From positions 71,300,001 through 71,364,000 of the forward strand of contig OX597816.1 in the NCBI GenBank assembly GCA_951406725.2: a DNA stretch of 64,000 bases. The letters are read 5' to 3'. Below are positions 1 through 12,877 of this stretch, one piece after another. A program made the position numbers and the translations under genes. A model generated the notes under the pieces. The model saw only the letters and a program-made list of their open reading frames with translations. It had not been told where the DNA came from and ran no database searches. Origin of the DNA: Octopus vulgaris (Eukaryota). Each line of letters starts with the position of its first letter. Position 1 is the stretch's first letter.

Positions 1-61
1 TGTGTTTTGAGATCCACAGTTCCAAAAAAGTATTATATAAACACCCACACACTAATATATA

Positions 62-375
62 TATATTACTTCCTTATTCTTATTTAATCTAGTTTCAGCT
101 CTCGAGCTGTGGCCATGCCATTTGGTGTTGCTACATAATTTTACTTAACGAATGTCTTTTAGGAATTGACATTTGGTGCGCAAGAGAGTTTGATGCAGCT
201 GCCCTCATCTGCACCTCCTGCTGCGAGGCTGGTTCATCTGGGACACTTGACAGGAAGAGGTCCAGTTTTATTTTGAAGACACCTACATCCACCCCATGCA
301 GGTCTCTCAGGTCCTTCGGGAGGATATTGAAGAGCTGTGGATCTCTGAAGCCCAAGCTATTGCAGTATATATATA
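62..375 (-). mobile_element. 3' end of a CR1/L2-superfamily LINE (ORF2 C-terminus plus 3' UTR)
   Basis: Minus-frame peptide NSLGFRDPQLFNILPKDLR...FKIKLDLFLSSVPDEP is typical of a CR1-group RT C-terminus. Confidence 0.7.
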
Positions 376-377
376 CA

Positions 378-712
378 CCCCCCGTGCCGGTGGCAAGCCT
401 CGCCTGGCCCCTGTGCCGGTGGCAGTCCGTTGCCAGCCTCGCCTGGCCCCCGTGCCGGTGGCACATAAAAAGCACCATCCGTTCGTGGCCGTTTGCCAGC
501 TCTGTCTGGCACCAGTGCGGGTGGCACGTAAAAAGCACCCACTACACTCACGGAGTGGTTGGCGTTAGGAAGGGCATCCAGCCGTAGAAACACTGCCAGA
601 TTTGACTGGGCCTGATGAAGCCTTCTGGCTTCACAGACCCCAGTAGAACCGTCCAACCCATGCTAGCATGGAAAACGGACGCTAAACGACGATGATGATG
701 ATGATGATGATG
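378..712 (+). mobile_element. RTE-type LINE 3' UTR copy (modular GTGCC-nnn-GGCAC repeats, constant tail, (GAT)n)
   Basis: Shares the tail aaaagcacccactacactc...ggaagggcatccag...ccaacccatgctagcatggaaa...gatgatg with about 20 other copies in the window. Confidence 0.8.
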
Positions 713-1504
713 TATGTATGTATGTAAGATTCAAGGATCAAAGTGTAGGAAGAAAGTTAGCTTCAAGCAATCTGTAGTAAATATTAAAAATATACAACTT
801 CAGGAACAATAGTGATTTATTGAGATGGAAGATTGTGGATTTTTTTGTATCGAAGATAAGCTAAAAAACATTTTTGGTATTTCACAGTAGGCGTCCAGGG
901 CTGCCGGGGTATGTGAATAAGAATACAAGAGTTGAGGAGTAGATAAGATCAGGGCTACATATGTTTCATAGTAAGCAGAACCTTGGAAGTGGTAAATATC
1001 CAAGCGAGGTGTATACCACAGACTACTCGTCGGGCCAAGGGTATCTTGATTAAATAAAGTTTACATTGTCGCAAGGACGTACATGTTAACACACACACAC
1101 GTTATATCAAACCAATAAACTACTAGAATTTATGTAAATCTAGTTTATTGAGTGTTACTCTGTTGTGCCAAATTGCTCCCAGTGTTTAGTACTGGTGCTG
1201 TTGATGATGATGGTTGTGATAATGGCAATGCTCCAAGCAGCTGGTATACTGTGTCACAATTATTGTATCTAGGCTGTAGAAACTAATGTGTGTGAAAGTG
1301 TGTTATCTCTGGTTCAAAAAGTCAGAGGTTATTGTAATTATTTTGAAAAATTATATTCTATCTATTGTATTTATCAGCTGTGAAACTGAAGTTGGTGTGT
1401 GTGTCTGTGTGTGTTTATTTGGGTAGATATGTTTGTAAGTACAAAAAAAAAAAAAAAGCTGATGTAAAATTATGTCATAGTGGTTTGGATATCAGACCCC
1501 TAAT

Positions 1505-3185
1505 TGTTAATAATAACTTATTTAAACACAAATAAAACAGAGAGCAAAATGATGTAGCAAAGACTTTTATGGATCTAAATATTAATTATTGATTAATAAA
1601 AACCAAAGCTGAAGGCTGTAAGAAGAGAAAGTGTTGTTTGAACATGAAGTGGATTGTATTCTCGTTTGTGAGAGCATTTGAGTTTATTTCAGATATTCTT
1701 ATTTTAAACATTGTTAGGCTGTGGGCTTCAATCTTGGACAGGGCCACAGGCTGTGTCCTTGAGCAAGACACTTTATTTTTATGTTGCCTCAGTCCCCTCA
1801 GCTGAAAATGGCTATCAATAAAAGTCGGTGATGGTGATGGTGTTGGCTTAACCTTGTAATGGTGGTTGATATCGTATTAACCTCAACATTGGCTGGGGTA
1901 TTTTGTCCTCTTGTATTTAAACACCATGGAATGGTAGGCATTAATTAATTTATTTATAATGATGATGTTGATGACAGCAATGAGGATGTTTGTAAGCAAA
2001 TGGCATGCAATAGTGGGTCAAACAGAATTATAGAGTTTGTGAATTGATGAACAAAATGAAATATTTTATGTTCCTTTACAATCTTAGTTCAAATCAAATC
2101 TCCCCAAGGCTGATTAAATATGAACCAATCAAGTACCAAAGGTAGAAACCATTATGTTATTATTAGAGTAGATGGCACAATTCCAGGATCAATAGTGTGT
2201 ATGTGTGTGTGTGTGTTCTGCCCTTTGTTTAGTACACAGATTTTGGAAGTGTTTTTAAGTCTGAGCTTGGTTGAATTTTCTTATCTCTGAGTTTTATCTA
2301 ACATGATATTACAGATTTTTACTACATTTTCTTCCCTTCTAGTTAGCCTTGGCACATTTTCCCTAAATTAAATGTCATACTTAATTTCACTAATGAATCT
2401 GTGCACCATATGTAACATCAAGTTCAGTTGTTTATTGTTTATTTCTAGCATGCAGCTTGAGGTCATCCAAACTTAGAAGATGACAGTGTCATCCCATAAC
2501 ATGTTGTTGGATCTGTTTTAGCAATATTGGTTAAAAGTGCTTCATTTTCTTAGTTTCCCCTTTAAATCTGTAACATTGTCTTGTTTTACTCAAGGTGCAG
2601 ATGTGGTTGTGTGCTTGAAGAAGCATCTTCTATTTTAGCTACAGGTCGACCAAAGCTTTGTGAGTGGATTGAAAATGAAAGAAGCCCATTTTGTGTGTGT
2701 GTGTGTGACAAAGCTCATTTTGCGTGTGTACCCTTTTCTTGATATCATGAGATGGCTGTAAAAGAACATCACCATCATACGAATGAGGTTGTCTGGTCAT
2801 GGGTAAATATTGCCTTACTTGGACACTGGTGAGGGTTGGTGACAAGAAGGGCATTAAAAAAAATCTGCCTCGACAAAATTCGCTTCTGACCCATGCAAGC
2901 ATGGAAAAGTGGACGTTAAATTATGAGGATAACACATTTGATGTAACTGCTTGCTATTGATGTTTATTCATGGCCAATGTTTCTAGTATCCCTGGTTGCG
3001 GTGAGAGAACACTCTCAAAGATTTTCCATTAATCAATCCACTTCATGTTCAAGCTACTCTTTCTCTTCTTACAGCCTTCAGCTTTGGTTTTTATTAATCA
3101 ATAATTAATATTTAGATCCATAAAAGTCTTTGCTACATCATTTTACTCTCTGTTTTATTTGTGTCTAAATAAGTTATTATTAACA
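1505..3185. repeat. Long-range inverted repeat, arms 1505-1656 and 3034-3185
   Basis: 152-nt arms that are reverse complements with about 5 mismatches by eye. Confidence 0.9.
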
Positions 3186-3624
3186 TAAGTGGGTTACATG
3201 GATTAAGAGAGTTCTTGTTTAACTCCGAGTTGATTTTGCTCTAGCAGCCTTTATATCAAAGATATTCTAGCCATGTCTGGTCCCTGTGTACCTGACATCA
3301 TCTATCCATGTCTACATTATTTAATGCTCCCTTCCTATTTTAGGATGGTTAGGTGTGATTTGAGTTAGATTTTCTAGTGAATCAAGGTATCTATAGCTTA
3401 TGATTATGTTTTTGTTTTGTATTCTTTGTCTAAGTCAGTCACTGAATAACAAATACACATTCTTCTCGACTTAGGACCAAGTTCCGTTCCGACCGACAGG
3501 TTGTAAGTCAATCTGGTCATATGTTGGATTCGTATTTTTCAACATTATTCTTATTCAAACGCAAATGATGCCTGAAAGTGACTGAGCGAGAAACATTGGC
3601 AGGTAGTGGATGTGCAGCTGCCCC

Positions 3625-4180
3625 ATCATCATCATCGTTTAACGTTCATTTTCCATGCTGGCATGGGTTGGACGATTTGACTGAAGTCTGGCGAACCAGA
3701 TGGCTGCACCTGGCTCCAATCTGACCTAGCAGAGTTTCTACAGATGGATGCCCTTCCTAACGCTAACCACTCCGAGAGTGTAGTGGGTGCTTTTATGTGC
3801 CATTGGCATGAGAGCCAGTCAGACGGTACTGGCAATGGCCACGCTCAAAATGGTGCTTTTTACGTGCCACCAGCACGGAGGCCAGTCGAGGCGGCGCTGG
3901 CAACGGCCACGTTCGGATGGTTCTTTTAAGTGCCACCAGCACTGGTATCACAACTACAATTTCCATTGATTTTTGATCGATTTTGATTTCACTTGCCTCA
4001 ACAGGTCTTCACAAGCACAGTTTTGTGTCCCAAGAAGGAAAGGTATGCATAAGTGGACTGGCTACATCCAAGGTAAAGGCCACGGGTTATAGTCTCACTT
4101 GTCCTGCCGGGTCTTCTCACGCACAGCATATTTCCAAAGGTCTTGGTCACTAGTCATTGCCTCAGTGAGACCTAAAGTTC
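3625..4180 (-). mobile_element. 5'-truncated RTE LINE with ORF end
   Basis: Minus frame RTLGLTEAMTSDQDLWKYAVREKTRQDK* followed by the modular 3' UTR and (GAT)n tail. Confidence 0.75.
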
Positions 4181-5007
4181 GATAATGTTATTTATTGTTA
4201 ACTAAATACAAGCTCTGTTAAGCTCTGTTGTATAAGGATATATCTGTATTTTGCTCATTTGTATAACATCTGTTTTTCCATGTCAGTATGAGTTGGGTGC
4301 GAATTGATTTTGAGGCAGGATTTGCTAGTGGTGGTATTGGTGGTGGTAGGTGGAGACTTAATACTCAATATTGTTAAGTTCATATTGGCCAGGATTTTAA
4401 GTTTGATGCTTTGTGTTTTCTGTGACAACACCTTACCTGTTTTTCAAGTTAATGACAAGAATCCTTTCTACTATTGGCACAAGGCTTGAAATTTTTGTGG
4501 GCGAGGGCACTGACTCCTCCCTCCCCTCCTCCAGTGCTCAATTAGTATTTATTTTATCAACTCAGCACTGCTCCTGCTGTCCCCGCTGCGGCTGCTGCTG
4601 CCACATCACCAGCGACCACCACTGCAGCGGCTAAAGTATGAAAGGCAAATATAATATTTTGAATTGAGGTTATTAATTGAAAACTAGTTTTATGAGTAAC
4701 AACAGAACATTTACTGGTGGTGGTGGTGGTGGGAGATTTAAAATACAGTATTGTTAAGTTCGTATTAACTCAGATTTAAGTTTCACCTGACTGCTTGTTC
4801 AACAAGGGCATACATACACACACATGGATACAGAGACATAGACATGGACACACACACAGATACGACACCCACACACACATGGATACACATATACACAGAC
4901 ACACACATGGACAAACACACATACACACACACATTTCCCATAGCTATATTGAGAAAATATATTTCTTCCATCTCTCTCTTTATACCTTATATTTCTGTAT
5001 TTTCTAG

Positions 5008-5091
5008 GTGTATGTTATCGAGGTAACAATTGGCCCCTACACATGGTGTGTCAGGCATCGATATAGTGATTTCCATGATCTGCATGACAAG
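5008..5091 (+). CDS. NISCH: NISCH exon, PX domain ([28 protein letters not shown])
   Basis: tttctag|GTG...AAG|gtaatt; 84 nt, phase 0/0; PX RY motif. Confidence 0.95.
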
Positions 5092-5141
5092 GTAATTCAT
5101 TTCTTTACTCTGTTTAAATTTTTCTGTTAATAATGATTTGC

Positions 5142-5196
<55 letters not shown>

Positions 5197-8100
5197 TGGC
5201 CTTGTGGTTAGGGTGTTGCACTCACGATTGCAAGATTGTGTTGTTTCAATTCCCAGACCAGGCAGTGCATTGGGTCCTTCAATGAAACGTTTTATTTCAC
5301 TTTGACATCTGACATGTGGTACACTGTGCACCTGTACAGGCCATGTCAATTTGATGGAGGCAGGTGAGCTAATGTACAGGACAAACCTTTGATCACTATA
5401 AATGAATCATCTGAGCAGGTTGTCCACCAAGAAATTGCCAAACGCTTGTCTGTTGTTTACAACAAGAGAGTCCATCATATAATATTTCCATCATCATCTA
5501 ACGTCCGCTTTCCATGCGGGCATGGGTTGGATGGTTTGACAAAAGCTGGCTGGTCAGGAGACTGCACCAAGCTTCAGTGTCTGTTTCAGCATGGTTTTTA
5601 CAGCTGGATGCCCTTCCTAACCCCAACCACACCACAGAGTGGTTATAAAATGTAATATTAGGAAGACTGTTATTACATTATATCTTCTTTCTTGTATCAA
5701 GATATTTATTATCATATGAGATATTTTAACTGTTAATGAATTTTGGTTGTTATGGTAAATACAATTCAGCAACATATGATATATTAACCATTTCATTTTT
5801 CTTGTTGGTTAACCTAGTGATTCTATTAATATTGGTTTCAAAAATATATACTGTATTTCAACGTGTATAAGGAATCCCCTAATTTTGGGGGCTTAAAATT
5901 TGGCAAAAAGGTTTTGTAAGGGATGTAGTACTATCCATGTATAAGAAACTCCTATATTTTTTTTCACCTAAATTTCGACAAAAAAGTCTTTTTTATACAT
6001 GTTAAAATACAGTATATTTATCAAACCACAAAAGAAACGTCACACACATGCTAAATAAAAACCAGTTTATTAACAGACTGCGATAGCATTGATTGAAGAG
6101 TGATAATTAAGAAACCGTTCTTTCCTAATGATAAAACATCATTTCTTGAAACCTGTTTGACGTCGTATGGTGTCATGTGATGATGGAGAGTCCTGGATCC
6201 AAAGATATGAGCTCAATATTTTGTGTGACCACCGTTAGTGTTGGTTACCACCAGGCATCTTCTGTACATTGAATGCACCAAACGATTAATGAAGGCCATG
6301 AGGATAACAGCCCACACTGTTAAAATTTGGAGTGTGTTGTGCTGCAGTTGTTGGCCTTGGACTGATGGCATTTAGCCTTCTTTGGATTTTGTCCCACAGG
6401 TACTCTGTTGGGTTCAAGTAGGGACTTAGGGCAGGCCATGGCAGTGTCCGGATGTTGTGCTGTTGGAGAAAGCCTGTTGTGAACCTGGCAGTATGGGCAT
6501 GGGCATTGTCCTGTTAGAACATGTGATTCTGATGATGGATAAAGTATGGCACAATGTGAAGCCTCAACACTTGGTCGATGTAGTGAGCAGTAGTTATACT
6601 CCATTGCTCTGGCCTTGGCTGATGTAGTGAGCAGCAGCTACTCCATTGCTCCGGCCTTGACCGATATTTTGGAAGCCCACCAGTCCAAGTTTCTGGTTGA
6701 GTGCAAACATGCCCCATACTATGATGCTCTCCCCATGAGTCTCTATGCACCATACAGCCAGCGGCATGATGTCCACCCCTTCTCCAAACGTTGGCTCTTC
6801 CATCTGCTACAGAAATGCAATATCGACTTTCATCAGAGAAGACTACAGTCCTCCACTGCTGATATCAACAGTTCTGACATTTTTGAGCCCACTGCAGAGA
6901 TGCCTGTTGATGATGGGGCTCCTAGCTGGATGTCGACAGGACAGATTGAAAGATCTCTGCCAGCGGCGACCTCTCCCTGCACAGATGTGTCTGTGGTAAG
7001 TCCCTATGGTCTGTGGTGAGTTCCTATGGTCTGCCTAGCTGATTCCATTGCCCTCTGGAATTGGTCCTGCAAGTACTGTGGGTGGCAATCATGACGTGCC
7101 ATTGTAACCCTCAGTCAGCTATTGCGTGGACTATCATCTGTACTGTTTGTAACTTTGTATCGTTCCCTCAGGTAGTCATTTGTCCAAATACTGCAGTACA
7201 AGTCATTAGCAATGACCCATGGACATTGACCAGCAATGGAGATGTCTGATGGCTTGCTCCCTCTAATTTTGTGTCAGTCTTGGCATGCTTGCTGTGTTCA
7301 GAAAATGAATGACAGGCTGGTAAATTTGGGTGCCTTTTGTACCCAACGAGTCAATGTTTTGCATGTGCATCATGCTTTCCATATGGATGTGTTTGCAAGC
7401 ATTACCATGTTCATGAAAAGTGAGTGAGTTTGACCCCTAAATGCAATTTTTGCATTTTCAAAAGAGTGGTGTTGTGGGTCAGTGACATCTTCCTGATGTC
7501 AAATTATCTAGAAATGTGATAAAATCCATATAATCTCAATTTTGTGAATGAAACAAATAATCTTTTACAGTGCAATGTTTCTTTTGTAGTTCAGTCCCCT
7601 ACCCATCTCTCCTCCTTCCATGTGACCGATGTCCGGCCAGCCATGATCTTTCTTTCTTGGCCTGACTGCTGACCGTCAACACCTCCTGTGTCTACCTCCC
7701 ATGTTCCTGCCTTTAGGCTTTCACTTCATACACCCCAGCTCAATTTGATCCGATCTCAGTCGAAAGACACCTATTGTTATTTCTTGTTGCTTGTATTCAT
7801 AATTGTGTACCATGTTCTCTGTTTTTTTTTGTTTGCTGTTTTGTCTTTGTTGCCGTACACATTCGCTAGCTTTCTTACAAAGGAGTCTAATGCTCTTAGC
7901 TTAGACTTTGCAACCAGATCAAACCATCTCAAGTGTAACTGCCTGAAATGGTCATGACTTTTGGAACTTGACTGCAGAAAGAAAGCCAAAAATGACCTGT
8001 CTTTTTTTTGCCTGTCTTTCTAATTGTTGTTTCTCTTGTCTGCCTTTGTATCATCTATCTGTCCGGACGTTTTAATGTCCTCTATTGCGCTTTTGTTTCA

Positions 8101-11100
8101 TTTTTATATTTGTGTATATATATATATTTATATGTATATTTTCTTTTCTTTTCCTTCTTGTGTTTTCTTTACAGTGGACATTAACTTAGATTGGTTTCGG
8201 CCATTATCGGCCCAGGCCATGACTAACTCAATAGCACCACCTGAAAAAATCTTTTAGTTTATTATTTTGGGACACCATGGACTTCTCAAGCAGAGAGTTG
8301 TTGTTGGTTGAGACCAACAATGCTTAGTACCATTTCATCTGTCTTGATGTTCTGAGTTCAAATTCTGCAATGGTCAACTTTACCTTTCATTCTTTTAGGA
8401 TTTATAAAATAAAGTACCAGTTGAGTACTGGGTCAACGTCAGTGACTGGCCCTGCTCCTCCAAAATTTCAAGCTTTGTGCCTATAGTGGAAGGTTTATTT
8501 GTTACACCTCTTTACATTCTGATTTCAAATTCAGCCAACATCGTTTTGCCTTTCCTTCTTGGGGAGTCAGTAAAATAAAGTAACAGACAAGAATGTACCA
8601 CCAGTCAGCACCCTTATACATGCTTATGTTCAATATTGTTTTACATGAGCGCATGTAAATATCATCTACATGTGCTTATGTAATTATGGAACAAAGTCAA
8701 AGATATAACTGTAACATATTCGTGTGTTACACTTTAAATGAGCTAGCTTAACTTAGGAACAAGTCAAAAATCTAATAAAAAATATTTTAACATCTGCTGG
8801 GTGGTTGGTACTAGGAAGGGCATCCAGCTGTAAAAATCCTGCCAAAACAGTCGCAGGCTTCTACCTGGCTTACTCCTGTCAAACCATCCTGTCTATACCA
8901 GCATGGAAGGCGAATGTTAAACGATAACGATGATATAGCGGGGTTATGAAAACTTATAAATTTATACATCAAAATAGAAGAAAATTTACAAAATGTGAAA
9001 TTTCCTTGAGTTTCACTAGTTGTTACAATTGTCTTAATTCATATTTCAGATAATCATTCTACATACTTCATATCACTAACAATGTTGCTGTATTATTGTC
9101 TCTTCTTTCTTTCCTTTCTACTACTACTACCACCACTACTACTACCACCACCACTAGTAACAGTACAATGAAGAAACCTCTACATGGTTGCTCAACTTGC
9201 ATGAAATAGCGACCAGATGTTCCTCAAATGACACCCTCCCTTGATAATTACAATGGTTGCTTCAAATTACACCCTTCTGTCTTTGATACACTATAATACA
9301 ATTGCAAAATACATAATGCCTGAGAAGAGAACAGGATGTTGATGGTCAGAGTATTTTTGATTATAGGTCTGTTGGACTAGAGCACAATAACCACAGTGGA
9401 CATTGATACTAGTCTAAAAGAACTGTGTGTATGTTGCCAGCTGTTTAAACGAAATTCTAATGTAATTGTTTCCATTTCAGCTTGTATCCACTTTCAAGAT
9501 TGATAAAAGTCTACTTCCACCAAAGAAATTGTTTGGTAACCAATCTGAAACATTCATTAAGAAACGACAAAATGACTTGGAAGTTTATTTGCAGACAATT
9601 CTGTTTTACTTGGCACAGAAAATACCTCCGGTCTTGGCATACTTTCTTGACTTCAACAAATATGTAAGTGAAATATGTGCAACCGACATGCTTGCATGCA
9701 TACACAAACAAACATGTACAAGTAACACATACATACTGGTGTATGGGTTGAACAATTTCGTTGGGGTCTGCTTCTGTTTTACTTGCTGCCTTTTCTAGAT
9801 GGGTCAGGGGCCATGCTTCACTCGTATTTCATTTTTTTGACATCGCTTCTGCAAACGAATGCCAGAGTGATGACTGAAGATAACAGAATGAGAGTGTGAT
9901 GAATAAAATCTTGTGAATTGAGGAGAGATTATGATGGAAACAGGAGTAATGGAAGAGAGTAAGTGATGGCAGCTATATGTTTACCACTAAGAGAAAGAGA
10001 AAGAAAGGGAGAGCTAGTAATGACTGGCAGTATAGAAGGGTAAATTGGTGGAATGTGTCAGATCTGTATAGCTGAGAAGGGAATGTTTTAAACATGGCTT
10101 TACCACAAAATCATTGGTATTTTATAATAATAATAATAATAATAATAATGAAATTGTTGTATACAGTGCTCAGGTGCACCACAACTTGTCAAAAGTGCGT
10201 ATAAAGTATATACAGTAATGTACAAATGCCTGGAAAGTGAATAGTGTATAAGTCAGACACATGCTTGCATGTGTATGGAGGGGAGGAAATCAGGTGTAGT
10301 GTTGGCGAATCTCAGGAAACATAGAAGTTTTGAAGGATGCAGTGCTCTGACAACTAACAACTGATGCCGGCATCACACACTTTCACTCACTCTCTCTCAC
10401 ACACACACATATGGTTCTCTGCTGCTATATTATTGGGCAAGAAATGAACTATTCTACTATAATTGTGGTATTCTTTTGGGAAGAAGAAATCTTTAAACTA
10501 ACAGGAATTCCTGAAATAGTTTTACTGGTCAATGTCTGTTTCCAAACTTTTCTCCTCATCAAGGATGTCTTGTTAAGACATTTTAATCAGTATTCTTTTC
10601 AATAACCTTCCAGTGATAATTCTGAGCTTGGTCTGCAATTCAACATAAGATCTTCATGTTGCCTACTCTGGGCCTGATGTTTTAACCACTGGCCAATTGT
10701 TCTTGAAGGCAATAGCATAATTTATTTTTAGCTTGTATATAATCATCTAAAAAAAAAAATGCAGTTACTGATGTAGACCTGACATGTACCCCCTAACCAG
10801 TCCCCAAACTGAAGGTTCGACCTTTGAACATCCAAAGTTATAAACCAGTCTCTATAAAGCTATTATAGTAAAGATTCCAGTTACATATACTGTTGCCAAT
10901 ATTTATAAAAACAGACATCACAATAAAACCCATCTCAGAAAAAATATACACTGTATTATTTGATTGTTTGAATAGAAATAAACTGAGTGCCATAACAATG
11001 GGTGTATTTGTTGTTTTGTAGGAGATTCATGGTATAACACAGGCATTAGCAGAAGACTTATATAACAGAGGTATGTATATGATTTTGTTGTTACTCTCAG

Positions 11101-12827
11101 TATGACCCTTTGACATACCGTCACAAGTGCCTCACCCACCTCCAACTTTGTTTCCTCATAACTTTCAGTAAAATGGATAATTTTTTATGAAGACTTCTAC
11201 TGCGAAAACTATTCAGATGATGTAGATTATGATTAGATCAGAATTTTATGTGAAAAAATAAAATTAGTTGGGTGCATACACACGCATACTGAAATGTATC
11301 ATATGTCATCATCATCATCATCATTTAATATCCGTTTTCCATACTGGCATGGGTTAGACAGTTTGACTGAGGACAGGCAAGCCAGTAGGTTGGATCAGGT
11401 TCCAATCTGATCTGGCAAGGTTCCTACAGCTGGATGCCCTTCCTAATGCCAACCACTCTGAGAGTGTAGTGGGTGCTTTTTATGTGACACCTGCACAAGA
11501 GCCAGTTAGGGGCACTGGCATTGGCTGTGTTTGGGATGGTGCTTTTTATGTACCACCAGCACAGGAAGCCAGTCATAGAAATATATATATATAGATAGAT
11601 AGATAGATAGATATACATAAATACATACACACACACAGTCTGCCAGAAAAATGTTCACACACTTCAGGAAAGGAAAAAATCTGTATAGATATTCCATTTG
11701 TATAATTACCTCTATAAATATAGATACCTCTTTCAATGTTTTATCAATTTGCGATAACATTGAATAAAAATATTTATACAGATTTTTTCCTTTCCTGGAG
11801 TGTGTATACATTTTCCTTTCCTGGAGTGTGTATACATCAGTCAGTCATCATTGTTCATCATCGTTTAACGTCCACCTTCCATGCTGGCATGAGTTGGATG
11901 GTTTGACAGGGGCTGGCCAGGCAGAAACCTGCACCAGACTTCTGTGTCTGTTTTGGCAGGGTTTTTACAGCTGGATGCCCTTCCTAACATCAACAACTCA
12001 GCAGAGTGGACTAAGTGCTTTTTATGTGGCACAGGCGAGGTCAATTTTGGCAAGGTTTTTACTGATGGATGCCCTTCCTAACACCAACCACCCAGCTTTT
12101 TATGTGGCACAAGTGCAGGTGAGGGCATCCAGCTGTAGAAACACTGCCAGATCAGATTGGAGCCTGGTGCAGCTATCTGGTTCGCCAGCCCACAGTCAAA
12201 TCGTCCAACCCATGCTAACATGGAAAGCGGACGTTAAACAATGATGATGATGTTTAACTTCTGCTTTCCATGCTGGCATGGGTTGGACGGTTTGACTGGG
12301 GTCTGGGAAGCCAGGAGGCTGCACCAGGCCCCAATCTGATCTGGCAGTGTTTCTACAGCTGGATGCCCTTCCTAACGCCAACCACTCCGAGAGTGTAGCG
12401 GGTGCTTTTTGCGTGTCACTGGCACAGGGGCCAGGGAAGCTGGCATTGGCCACAATCGGATGGTGCTTTTTACGTGCCATCGGCATGGAAGGCGGCACTG
12501 GCATCAGCCACATTTGAATGGTGCTTTTTACGTTTCATTGGCATGGTGGTCACACCTACAATTTCTATTTGATTGTAATTTTGTTGTTTTTGTTAGAATG
12601 TATAATGCATTGTTATATTACTGGCTTAAGTGCAGTTTCTCTTTCAGGAGAATTAATCCTTCAAGCAAAAGAACCATTTCAGATGTCTACCCTGCATTTA
12701 TATGCATTGACAGAGAGGTTAAAGTTACCAGAGCCCACCTGTGGTCAGTATTATTTTTATAGAAGTAATTGCCTTCACTAGGCTTTTAAACAATATTTTC
12801 TAGGTCATGTGCATTGACAGAAGCCTA

Positions 12828-12877
<50 letters not shown>

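Noticed and set aside
612-640. ctgatga-agcc-ttct-ggct hammerhead-like start
   Set aside because: No GAAA or stem III; point variant of the RTE tail consensus
723-1091. Possible solo LTR (TGT...ACA)
   Set aside because: No TSD or second copy; ends fall in microsatellites
4340-4783. Degenerate ~65-bp direct repeat (about 4340-4405 and 4721-4783)
   Set aside because: Old local duplication with no functional signal
1-5007. NISCH first coding exon or promoter
   Set aside because: No convincing ATG exon with a phase-0 donor found; probably upstream of the window
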